This document shows, piece after piece, positions 20,243 through 29,800 of a DNA stretch of 64,000 nucleotides; the stretch's first letter is position 1; every line of letters begins with the position of its first letter. The notes under the pieces were generated by a model. It was not told the origin of the DNA. It saw nothing but the letters and a program-made list of their open reading frames with translations, and ran no database searches. Source of the stretch: an uncultured Fidelibacterota bacterium (lineage in GTDB: Bacteria; Fidelibacterota; Marinisomatia; Marinisomatales; Marinisomataceae). Location of the stretch: assembly GCA_902526795.1 (NCBI GenBank), contig CABZMF010000003.1, positions 88,190 to 152,189 of the forward strand, read 5' to 3'. Made by a program: the position numbers and the translations under genes.

Positions 20243-20271
20243 TTGGAGGGTTTATTAATTTTATATATATT
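20243..20271 (+). promoter_or_regulatory. Candidate sigma70 promoter for futABC
   Basis: TTGGAG (20243-48), 17-nt spacer, TATATT (20266-71). Confidence 0.4.
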
Positions 20272-20280
20272 AATAACCTG

Positions 20281-20301
20281 AATTGAGATTTAGTCTCATA
20301 A
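20281..20301 (+). promoter_or_regulatory. Fur-box-like operator
   Basis: AAT-TGAGATT-T-AGTCTCA-TAA, a 7-1-7 inverted repeat (6/7 match) between the candidate promoter and the GGAG RBS of the Fe(III) binding protein gene. Confidence 0.72.
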
Positions 20302-20314
20302 TGGAGTTTAATAA

Positions 20315-21361
20315 ATGAAAATCAATAAATTTTTATTACCAGCCTTGCTAGTATTGTCAATCATTCTAGTCTACTTCAATTCTGATGATATAGTTGAAAG
20401 CAAAGAAGTAAACATTTACACATCAAGACACTATGACGCTGATGATTTACTTTATGAACAATTCACAAAAAAAACAGGTATTAAAGTAAATATAATATCT
20501 GGTAAAGGTAGCGCCCTTATTGAAAGATTGAAAGCTGAAGGTGCTAATTCACCGGGTGATGTTTTTTTTACTGTTGATGCAGGAAATTTGGCTAATTTTC
20601 AAAAACAAGGTTATCTACAACCAATCCAATCAGAAGCTATTAAACAAGTTGTTCCAGTTGAATTAAGAGGTGAAAATGATGAATGGGTAGCTGTAGCAAA
20701 AAGAGCAAGAGTAATTTTTTATAATCCTGAACTTGTCAATGAAAATGAAATAAAAAATATTAATTATGAAGATTTATCGAAAGATACATGGAAAGGTAAG
20801 ATTGTTATAAGAAGCTCATCAAATATGTACAATCAATCGCTAGTTTCTTCGCTCATTTCTAATTTAGGTATTGAAAAGACAGAAGAATGGGCAAAAGGTT
20901 TAGTTTCTAATTTTTATCGCAAACCGCAAGGGAATGATAGATCTCAAATAATGGCGGTTGCTAATAAAAAAGCATCAATTGCAATTGCCAATACTTATTA
21001 CATAGGAATAATGCTATCAGGAAAAGGCGGTCAAGATCAACTAAATGCAGCTAATAAAGTAAAAATAGCTTTCCCAAATCAAGGAAATCGTGGAACACAT
21101 ATTAATATAAGCGGAGGCGGAGTTTTAAAATATTCACCAAATAGGGAAAATGCTGAAAAATTTTTGGAATTTCTTTTGAGTCAAGAAGCTCAAAATCATA
21201 TTGTTAATAATACTTTTGAATACCCAGTATTAAGTACTGTCAGACCTCATCCACTCATTGAAAATTTTGGTGAGTTTAAAATGGATAAAACATCTGTAGC
21301 TGATTTTGGTAAATATAATCCTGATGCTGTTAAACTAATGGATAGAGTTAATTGGCAGTAA
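20315..21361 (+). CDS. futA: Fe(III) ABC transporter substrate-binding protein
   Basis: VNIYTSRHY, EGANSPGD, IRSSSNMYNQSL, PQGNDR, IANTYY and HINISG motifs. Confidence 0.93.
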   Translation: MKINKFLLPALLVLSIILVYFNSDDIVESKEVNIYTSRHYDADDLLYEQFTKKTGIKVNIISGKGSALIERLKAEGANSPGDVFFTVDAGNLANFQKQGYLQPIQSEAIKQVVPVELRGENDEWVAVAKRARVIFYNPELVNENEIKNINYEDLSKDTWKGKIVIRSSSNMYNQSLVSSLISNLGIEKTEEWAKGLVSNFYRKPQGNDRSQIMAVANKKASIAIANTYYIGIMLSGKGGQDQLNAANKVKIAFPNQGNRGTHINISGGGVLKYSPNRENAEKFLEFLLSQEAQNHIVNNTFEYPVLSTVRPHPLIENFGEFKMDKTSVADFGKYNPDAVKLMDRVNWQ

Positions 21362-21364
21362 ATT

Positions 21365-22960
21365 TTGGTTGAATTAAAAAAACTTTCACCATGGCATTTT
21401 TTGATACTGTTTACAGCCGGTATCTTTTTAACCCCAATACTTTTTATTGCAAGTAGTCTATTTTTAGGATTCTCTGATAATTTTTACCACCTCTATAATA
21501 ACTTGTTGTTTGAATACTCTTTGAATTCAATTTATTTGGTTTTAGGTGTATCTTTGCTTGTAGTAATATTAGGAGTTTCAACAGCTTGGCTGGTTACTTT
21601 TTTTAATTTCAGTGGTAAAAAATTTTTTCAGTGGGCACTTATTCTTCCATTGGCAGTGCCACCATACTTATTAGCTTATATTTTTACTGAATTTTTTGAC
21701 TATTCTGGTACAGCTAATAATATTCTAAGAAATATATTCAATACTAATTCTGATGCTATCTTTTTCCCAAACATAAGGACAATAACCGGTGCTATATTAG
21801 TATTTGGTTTTACTCTTTATCCATATGTTTATATGGTTTCAAGAGTGGCTCTTATGAATATACCTTCTTCAATAATAGAAGCTTCAGTTTTGTTAGGTAA
21901 AAATTCTATTTTTACATTTTTTCATCTTTCTATTCCATTAATTAGGCCAGCTATAATTGCTGGAGTTGCCTTGGTTGCAATGGAAACTCTTGCAGACTTT
22001 GGTGCAGTTGAACATTTTGCTATACCAACATTTACAACTGGTATTTTTAGAACATGGACAGGTCTTTATGACATAAATACAGCATTACAATTATCTACAT
22101 TACTTCTACTTGTTATTTTTATATTTTTAGCTATTGAAAAGAATAGTAGAAGCCAAATTAGGTATGCTAATTCAGCTATTACAAATAATTCATATAAACC
22201 TGTTCAGTTGACGGGTTTTAATAATGTTTTAGTATTTTTTTTGTGTTTCATACCAGTATTCATAGGTTTTCTTCTTCCCGTACTTGAACTTATTAATTGG
22301 TCAAGCCAAATGGACATACTTGTTTCATCAAAAACATTGGTTGCAGCATCAAATACTTTATACATAGCTTTATCTTCTGCTGCATTAACATGCTTAATGT
22401 CGTTATTAATTAATTTTATTGTGAGATCTTTTGGTATTTCGCAAATAGTTAATGACTTATTATCGCTTGGTTACGCTGTGCCAGGCTTAATATTAGCTGT
22501 AGGGATAACTAAAATGTTTACTAGTATTGATACATGGCTAGATTTTGATATTATAATTACAGGCAGCATAATAGGCTTGATACTTGCATATATTATAAAA
22601 TCATATGCTATAACCAATAATGTAATCAATTCAGCTTATTCTTCTATACCTATATCACTTGATGAATCTGCTTATACTTTACGAACAAGTAAATTTAAGT
22701 TGTTTAAAAATATACATCTACCATTACTCAAAACAGGAATAATTACAGCATTTTTGTTAATTATGGCTGAACTAATAAAAGAATTACCTGCAACGTTAAT
22801 TTTAAGACCATTTAATTTTGACACTTTATCAGTATCTGTATATCTACTCGCTTCAGAAGAAAGAATGTTTGAAGCTGCTTTTCCTAGTTTAGTTATTATT
22901 ATATTTGGTTTAATTCCAATATATTTTTTAAATAAGTTAATTTTAAGTAACAATAAGTGA
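21365..22960 (+). CDS. futB: Fe(III) ABC transporter permease
   Basis: Duplicated permease with an EAS loop; AMETLADFGAV..F and KELPATLILRPFNFDTL motifs; TTG start. Confidence 0.93.
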   Translation: MVELKKLSPWHFLILFTAGIFLTPILFIASSLFLGFSDNFYHLYNNLLFEYSLNSIYLVLGVSLLVVILGVSTAWLVTFFNFSGKKFFQWALILPLAVPPYLLAYIFTEFFDYSGTANNILRNIFNTNSDAIFFPNIRTITGAILVFGFTLYPYVYMVSRVALMNIPSSIIEASVLLGKNSIFTFFHLSIPLIRPAIIAGVALVAMETLADFGAVEHFAIPTFTTGIFRTWTGLYDINTALQLSTLLLLVIFIFLAIEKNSRSQIRYANSAITNNSYKPVQLTGFNNVLVFFLCFIPVFIGFLLPVLELINWSSQMDILVSSKTLVAASNTLYIALSSAALTCLMSLLINFIVRSFGISQIVNDLLSLGYAVPGLILAVGITKMFTSIDTWLDFDIIITGSIIGLILAYIIKSYAITNNVINSAYSSIPISLDESAYTLRTSKFKLFKNIHLPLLKTGIITAFLLIMAELIKELPATLILRPFNFDTLSVSVYLLASEERMFEAAFPSLVIIIFGLIPIYFLNKLILSNNK

Positions 22961-22961
22961 G

Positions 22962-23624
22962 ATGAGAGAATTTTTATCAATTAAAAACGTAGACTTATCA
23001 TTTAATAAAAAAGATCTTAAGATAAGTATTTTGAAAGGGTTGAATTTAAAAGTCAAAGAAGGTGATTTGATTGCTATTACTGGGGCATCTGGTTCAGGTA
23101 AAACAAGTCTTTTAAGAACAATCTGTGGACTAGAGTCACCAAGCAATGGTGAAATCATCTTGGATAATCTTATATTATTTAACAATGAAATTTCCTTACC
23201 AACAGAAAAAAGAAATATCGGTTTAGTAGTCCAAGAAAAAGTTCTTTTCCCCCATCTTAATGCAAAGGAAAATATTGAATTTGGAATATCAAATAAGAAA
23301 AATAAAAAACAGTTAAGTAACGAAATGATGGAAAGACTAAAGATTATAAAGCTAGCTGAAAAATATCCTCATGAATTATCTGGCGGAGAATCTCAAAGGG
23401 TTGCGTTAGCAAGAAGTATAGTAATGAAACCAAAACTATTGATGTTTGATGAACCCTTTACTGGGTTAGATAAAGAATTAAAAATTGAAATTTACCCAGA
23501 AATAAAATCAATTCTTGAAGATAGTAATATAACATCTTTAATGGTTTCTCATGACTTGAATGAGGTAAAAGCTCTAGCGGATAAGTGTTTTTATCTAAAA
23601 TCTGGAAAATTAGCAGAAATATAA
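22962..23624 (+). CDS. futC: Fe(III) ABC transporter ATPase (short, no C-terminal TOBE region)
   Basis: GASGSGKT Walker A, LSGGESQR signature, LMFDEPF Walker B, SHD. Confidence 0.88.
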   Translation: MREFLSIKNVDLSFNKKDLKISILKGLNLKVKEGDLIAITGASGSGKTSLLRTICGLESPSNGEIILDNLILFNNEISLPTEKRNIGLVVQEKVLFPHLNAKENIEFGISNKKNKKQLSNEMMERLKIIKLAEKYPHELSGGESQRVALARSIVMKPKLLMFDEPFTGLDKELKIEIYPEIKSILEDSNITSLMVSHDLNEVKALADKCFYLKSGKLAEI

Positions 23625-23633
23625 TTGATAAAA

Positions 23634-24275
23634 TTATAGATCTAAGATTAAATCTCTAAATTCGGATAAAATCATAGCAGTTGCACCCCAAGAAACACAT
23701 TTATTAAAATTAAAGGCAGGAACTTGAAAAGTAATACCAGATTTTTCTACATTTTTTTTTGATATGTTTTTTTCATCAATTAATTCTGTAATTCCAATTT
23801 TATAAATTGTGTCAACTTCTCGATGGTTTAAAGTTATTTTAGGTTTTTCATTTGTAAACCAAACGAATGGATGAATATTAAAATATGATACTGGTGTGTA
23901 CAGATCAGTTAATTTACCTAAAAAATTTAGTGTAGAAATATCTATGCCAATTTCTTCATTACTTTCCCTTAAAGATGCATTCATAGCAGCTTCACCCTTA
24001 TCAATTGCTCCTCCTGGTAATGATATTTGACCTTTATGATGCTCAACGTCAGTAGTTCTCTTTGTTAAAAAGAAGAATAATTCATTTTTCTCAGAAAATA
24101 AAATTATTGAAACACTTGCTTGTTTTGCATTCCCAGGTTGGATAAAAGCTTTTTCAGTTATTGTATTTATTGGTATTACAGCCATTTTTTTTTGACTGTC
24201 CCATCCTCTAAGATATGATTTATCTTCAAGTCTTTTCTTTATTAATGCAATTTTTTTATCTACTTTCAAATCCAT
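23634..24275 (-). CDS. Nudix CoA pyrophosphatase (NUDT7/PCD1-like)
   Basis: LTKR...HHKGQISLPGG, ASLRESNEEIG Nudix box, SWGATAMIL. The likely start is ATG 24275 (MDLKV); the 24350 extension lies inside the HAD gene. Confidence 0.9.
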   Translation of the reverse strand: MDLKVDKKIALIKKRLEDKSYLRGWDSQKKMAVIPINTITEKAFIQPGNAKQASVSIILFSEKNELFFFLTKRTTDVEHHKGQISLPGGAIDKGEAAMNASLRESNEEIGIDISTLNFLGKLTDLYTPVSYFNIHPFVWFTNEKPKITLNHREVDTIYKIGITELIDEKNISKKNVEKSGITFQVPAFNFNKCVSWGATAMILSEFRDLILDL

Positions 24276-24918
24276 GAAATATAAGCACATAATATGGGAT
24301 TGGAATGGAACTTTGTTGAATGATACAGCACTTTGTGTTGAAATGCTCAATAATTCTTTAGATAAAAGGGGACTAAAAAAAATATCAGTAGATGATTATA
24401 GAAGGAAATTTTTATTTCCTATTAAAACATTTTATGAATCAGTTGGCTTTGACTTTTCAAATGAGGCTTTTGAAATAACAAACAAAGAATTTCATGATGG
24501 ATTTGAAAAAAATTTTAAAAAATTAGCGCTACAACCCCATGCATTATCAACAATTAAAAATTTGAAAAATACTGGTGTAACTCAAAGTATATTATCCGCA
24601 ACTGTTCAACAGAAATTAGACAAACAAGTAGAATTTTTTGGGTTAAATATTTATTTAGATAATATCGTTGGTTTAAGCAATACTCCGTCCGGATTTGGTA
24701 AAGAACTTGAAGGAAAAGAATTATTATCAACTGTTAATATTTCGAAAAAAGAAACAATTATTATTGGAGATAGTATGTTGGATTTCTCTGTATCAAATGC
24801 ATTGGGTATTGATTGTGGTCTAGTTTATAATGGCCATAATAGCATGGAGAGATTAGCTGCTACTGGATCTAAAACATTCCGTAATATTAAATCTTTATGT
24901 GAATGGATTTCTAAATAA
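24274..24918 (+). CDS. HAD-superfamily hydrolase (phosphoglycolate phosphatase-like)
   Basis: IWDWNGTLLND motif I variant, ILSA, GK, IIGDS..D motif IV. Confidence 0.88.
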   Translation: MKYKHIIWDWNGTLLNDTALCVEMLNNSLDKRGLKKISVDDYRRKFLFPIKTFYESVGFDFSNEAFEITNKEFHDGFEKNFKKLALQPHALSTIKNLKNTGVTQSILSATVQQKLDKQVEFFGLNIYLDNIVGLSNTPSGFGKELEGKELLSTVNISKKETIIIGDSMLDFSVSNALGIDCGLVYNGHNSMERLAATGSKTFRNIKSLCEWISK

Positions 24919-24921
24919 CTT

Positions 24922-25674
24922 TTAAGTAGTAATTCCACCATCAACTGTAAAAGTTGAACCAGTTATAAAATCTGATGCGTTTGATGCTAAGTAAAGTGCC
25001 ATTCCGGAGATATCTTCAGGGTTACCCATCTTACCCTGAGGAATAGATTTTATAATTTTGTTATAAGTGTTTTCATCATCCCATAATGCTTTACTAAAGT
25101 CGGTTTTAATAAAACCAGGAGCTAGTGTGTTAATTTGAATATTATGTTGTCCTAGCTCTTTTGCTAATACTTTTGTAAGCATTACAACAGCCGCTTTGCT
25201 AATATTATAAACGCCCAGACCTTCTAATGGTGTTTTAGCTGCAATAGATGCAACATTAATTATTTTCCCAGAATTATTTTTGATCATAGAATTACTGCAT
25301 GCTTTTGCAAAATTAAAATAACCTTTTACATTTACATCAAAAATTTTGTTCCAATGCGAATCTTCTGAATTTAAAATTGGTCCGTAGTAAGGATTAGTCG
25401 CAGCATTATTTACTAAAACATCAACTTTACCAAATTTATCTAATGTTAAATCGACAACGGATTTAATCGAATCAAAATTGCTTGTGTTACATTCGATAGG
25501 TATTAATTTAAGACCATTTGATTCTGCTTCAATAACTGCATCATTTAGATTTTCCTTCTTTCTGCTACATATAACAACATTGGCACCAGCTTGTGCATAT
25601 TTAAAAGCAATAGCCTTACCGATTCCTTTTGATCCTCCAGAAACAATAGCACTTTTTTTTATTAGACTAAGCAT
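24922..25674 (-). CDS. Short-chain dehydrogenase/reductase (DHRS4-like)
   Basis: SGGSKGIG, LVNNAATNPYYG, YNISK catalytic YxxxK, LAPGFIKTDFSKALW. Confidence 0.9.
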   Translation of the reverse strand: MLSLIKKSAIVSGGSKGIGKAIAFKYAQAGANVVICSRKKENLNDAVIEAESNGLKLIPIECNTSNFDSIKSVVDLTLDKFGKVDVLVNNAATNPYYGPILNSEDSHWNKIFDVNVKGYFNFAKACSNSMIKNNSGKIINVASIAAKTPLEGLGVYNISKAAVVMLTKVLAKELGQHNIQINTLAPGFIKTDFSKALWDDENTYNKIIKSIPQGKMGNPEDISGMALYLASNASDFITGSTFTVDGGITT

Positions 25675-26523
25675 TCATTTTTTCTTTCTTCTCTCAGCCA
25701 TTGCCTTCCACATGGAATCTGGTAATTTTGTTAAATCAGAAAACTCTCCTGCTCCAGCCAGCCATTCTCCACCATCAATGGTAATAACTTCACCATTAAC
25801 GTATGCAGAACCATCACTCATTAAATAAGATGCTAAATTCTCCAATTCATGTCTTTCACCAAATCTTTTCATAGGAATTTTATTTTTCATACCATCTTCA
25901 AAATCATCAAAGCCCGGTGGCATTAATCTTGACCATGCTCCTTCCGTTGGAAAAGGTCCTGGGGCAATAGCATTAAATCGAATATTATGCTTACCCCATT
26001 CAACCGCTAGTGATCTTGTCATTGCCAACACACCTGCTTTTGCCGCAGCTGATGGAACAACAAAAGGAGACCCTGTCCAAGCATAAGTAGTTACAATACT
26101 TAGTATATTCCCTTTTTTATTTTTAATCATTTCTTTACCAATCACACTGGTACAATTCCATGTACCCATAAGAACAATATCTACGACAGCCTTAAAAGCA
26201 TTTTGACTAAGCATCTCTGTGGGGGAAATAAAATTACCAGCAGCGTTATTTAACAATGCGTCTACCTTACCAAACTTGTCTAAAGTTTGTTTTAACATGT
26301 GTTCAACATCCTCAACTTTTCTTACGTCTCCTGGACACGTTAATACATCGATACTTTTCTCTGAAAACTCATGAGCTGTTTCCTCAAGCACCTCCTTTCG
26401 CCTTCCGCTTATCACTAAATTGGCTCCTAACTCACCAAATCTTCTACCCATGCTTTTCCCTAAGCCAGTTCCTCCACCAGTGATCACAATTGTTTTATTA
26501 TTTAATAGATTATTTTCGAACAT
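25675..26523 (-). CDS. 2,4-dienoyl-CoA reductase (DECR-type SDR)
   Basis: TGGGTGLG, NNAAGNFISP, IVTTYAWTGS..VVPSAAAKAGV, WGKHNIRFNAIAPGPFPTEGA motifs; no YxxxK, as is typical of DECR. Confidence 0.85.
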   Translation of the reverse strand: MFENNLLNNKTIVITGGGTGLGKSMGRRFGELGANLVISGRRKEVLEETAHEFSEKSIDVLTCPGDVRKVEDVEHMLKQTLDKFGKVDALLNNAAGNFISPTEMLSQNAFKAVVDIVLMGTWNCTSVIGKEMIKNKKGNILSIVTTYAWTGSPFVVPSAAAKAGVLAMTRSLAVEWGKHNIRFNAIAPGPFPTEGAWSRLMPPGFDDFEDGMKNKIPMKRFGERHELENLASYLMSDGSAYVNGEVITIDGGEWLAGAGEFSDLTKLPDSMWKAMAERRKKK

Positions 26524-26541
26524 ATTTATGTCTCCCCTTAT

Positions 26542-26853
26542 TTATTGTAGAGCATCCAAATTATTTTTAATTGTTTCTGTTTTTTCCTTCAAAGGATCTA
26601 AGACTGCATCCTCAATTACATCACTTATTTTTTCTTCACTATTTTCAAGCTGTATCTTGAGTTCATCCATATTTGGTAATGGTTGGTTTGTTAGCAAGAG
26701 ATAAGCACAATATAAGATAAACAATGTTATACCAAGTGTAACAATCTTAAATAATTTTTTTATGACACTATAAGTAATCATTGTAATTAAAACAATTGCT
26801 ACAGCAAGATATGCTGGATTATCAGAAATGCTATTTAACAGATTTTCTAACAT
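26542..26853 (-). CDS. Small hypothetical membrane protein (2 TM plus acidic amphipathic tail)
   Basis: 103-aa ORF that fills the gap, with two hydrophobic helices and genome-like codon usage. Confidence 0.65.
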   Translation of the reverse strand: MLENLLNSISDNPAYLAVAIVLITMITYSVIKKLFKIVTLGITLFILYCAYLLLTNQPLPNMDELKIQLENSEEKISDVIEDAVLDPLKEKTETIKNNLDALQ

Positions 26854-26890
26854 TATATCAATTTATACATTACATTTCTACTTTACAAAG

Positions 26891-29800
26891 ATGAAACATA
26901 AATCAATAAAAAACGTTAACAATAATGTGACTAAAAAAATATGTGTTTTATTTTTTTTACTGAATTTTGCTTTTTCGCAAGAAAAACTTGAGTTGAAGCA
27001 AGCAGATTCATTATCATCTAAAGAACAAAACAGTGAAACTATTACCATTTTAAAGGGCAATATAATTTTCCAAAAAGGGGATACTTTTCTCTCTGGCAAT
27101 AAAGCAATACAATCTAACAAAAATAGCCAATTAAAACTGTATGACAATGTTAAAGTTGATGATAAAAATAATACTATATTTTGTGATTCACTTTTCTATG
27201 ATACTGAGCAAGAAGAAATAGAATTACTAGGATCAGTTACTATTAGAAATGAAAATCAGCTAATAACTGCTGATAAAGGATTGATAAATAATATAGATGG
27301 AAAAATTAAATTATTAAAAAACGGAAAGATCCTAAATCAAAATCAAATTGTAAGGGGAGATTTGATTGAAATTTTTTCTAAAGAAAATCAAATTAAATCA
27401 TTAAAGGTTTATGAAAATGGTATCATCATTTCAGAAAACACAGGATATGAAAAAGATAAAAATAATCAAAATCAATTAATAATAAATCAAGATATTTTAA
27501 AAGCCAAAGTTATTGAACTGAAAATTAATGAAAATGAAATATCTGAAATTGAATTAATTGGAATGGCTTCAAGTTTCATTCACTTATATGAAGATTCATT
27601 ATACCAAGGTACAAATGCAATATCAGGAGATAAAATAAAATTAAAACTTATCAATAATAATGCAACGGAATTATTTTCGACTGGAGGTGTAATTGGTCAA
27701 TTTATTCCATCTACCTCAAATACATCTGGTCAAGAAAAAGTTGATTACAAAGCAGCAAGAGTTCAATTTGATACAAATTCAAGAACTTCTAAGATGTATG
27801 GAAAAGCTAATATAATCCAAATAGGAATGGATTTAAAAGCTGCACAAATTAATATTGATTGGAAAAGCAATATTCTAGAAGCGTTTCATAAAAATCTTTA
27901 TGATAAAGAAGAAGATCTTGAACCTACTTTAATCGAAAAAGGTCGGGAACCTGTTTCAGGTAAGTCTATGGTTTATAATATTAAATCTAGAAGAGGTAAA
28001 GTAATCGCAGGTACAACTAAAGTACAAAATAATATGTATACAGGATCACAAATTACTACAGTTTCAGATAGTACGTTTTACATTGATGATTGCATATTTA
28101 CTTCATGCGATCCAGCGAAGTTTTATATTGGAAGCAAACAGGCTAAAATAATTTATGGAGATAAAATTATCCTTAAACCTTTAAATATTGTTGTTGGCGG
28201 AGTCCCTATTTTTGGTATTCCAAAAGCAATTTTTCCCCATTCCAATAAAGAGCGAAGATCAGGTTGGATTATGCCATCATTTGGTTCATCAGAAAATAGG
28301 GGTAATTACTTAGATGGCTTAGGTTACTATTTTGCTCCAAATGATTATTTTGGATCAGAAAATTCAATCATATTTGCCGATAGACAGGGATTAATTCTTA
28401 AGTCAAAAAATCAATATAAAGATCGTTATAAATTTAGTGGAGGCTTTAACTTTGAAATTCGTAAACATTTAAGCTCTACAGAACAAGATATAGCAAAATT
28501 AAACGAAAATAATAATACAGATTTTTCATTAAATTGGAATCATAATCAAATTCTTCGAAGTGACCAAACATTAAGATCAAATGTAAGCTACTACAGTAAT
28601 GGCGAATACAATCGTGAGACAAGCATTGATCCCATTAAAAGATTAAATCAGCAAGCAATTTCTAATGCTACATATTCTAAGAGGTGGAAAGATAGAAATC
28701 TATCAATGAGTATTAATATATCTAATAAACAAGATTTAATGTCTAAAAACAAAGTTAGTAGCTCATCTTCTTTCTTTCAAAGCCCTAGTAGTCTTTCTTC
28801 TTCAGTCACGGAGAATACAAGTACTCTTCCATCCTTAAATTTTCGCGTTGGAAGAAGAAATCTATTTCGAAACTCAAACAAATCTTTTTTAAATAATATA
28901 CAATGGGATTTTAATTCAAGGATTTTAAATAATTCTAAAAACTACTATAGTGCGGAAGAATTAATTGATGAAGAAGGTACAAGTAGTTTTCAGTGGAAAC
29001 AAGATAGTGATGGTAATGCCATTACATCTAATGAAAGTGATATGATGTTAAAAAATAAGTTTAGTATTAATGCTCCATTTACAATTTTTAAGTATGTAGC
29101 AATTAACCCAAACATTAATATTAGTTCTGACTTTGTAAATAGAATTCAGGAAGCATCTTTTAATGAACAAAATGAATTAGAGCTGAATACAATTGATCGT
29201 TTTAAAAATAGAACAACATCAAATCTATCTTTGTCAATATCTACCAAACTGTATGGTATTTTACCATTTAAAGTTGGTAGTTTTCAATCTATTAGACATG
29301 TAATAACACCGAGGATTGGATTTTCCTATTCACCAGATTATTTAAGAAATGATAATTATTTTCAAGAATTTAATGATGAATACTATGATTATTTTACTGG
29401 AACTCTTATTGGATCAACACCAAGGACAAGCAGTAGAAAAATTAATTTATCGCTTGGAAATGTGTTTCAAGCAAAGAGAAGTAAAAATGACAAAGAAGAA
29501 AAAATAGATCTCTTTTCATTACGCATGAATACTGGATATGATGTGAATAAAGAGGAATTCAAATTATCTAACTTAAATACTTCTTTAAGAAGTAGCCTAA
29601 AAAATGGAACAAATATAGATATGAATTTTACTCATGATTTTTATGAGTTTGACAAAGGAGAAAATGTACGAATGAATGAAATTCGGTCAATTCCAAGGCT
29701 TACTGGCATTAGGTTTTCAACAAATTTTAGGTTAAAGGGTAAAAATCAAGAGACTCAATATGAAAATGAATTGTCCGAACAAACAAAAGATTTCCTTAAT

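Noticed and set aside
24295-24315. HAD motif DWNGT instead of DxDGT as a sign of inactivation
   Set aside because: WDWNGT is a recurrent natural variant in this HAD subfamily as I recall it.
24276-24350. N-terminal ORF extensions (also 26828, 36573, 41288, 44475, 58850, 63400, 63804)
   Set aside because: They overlap neighbouring genes or promoters; downstream ATGs fit signal peptides, RBSs or ATGA coupling better.
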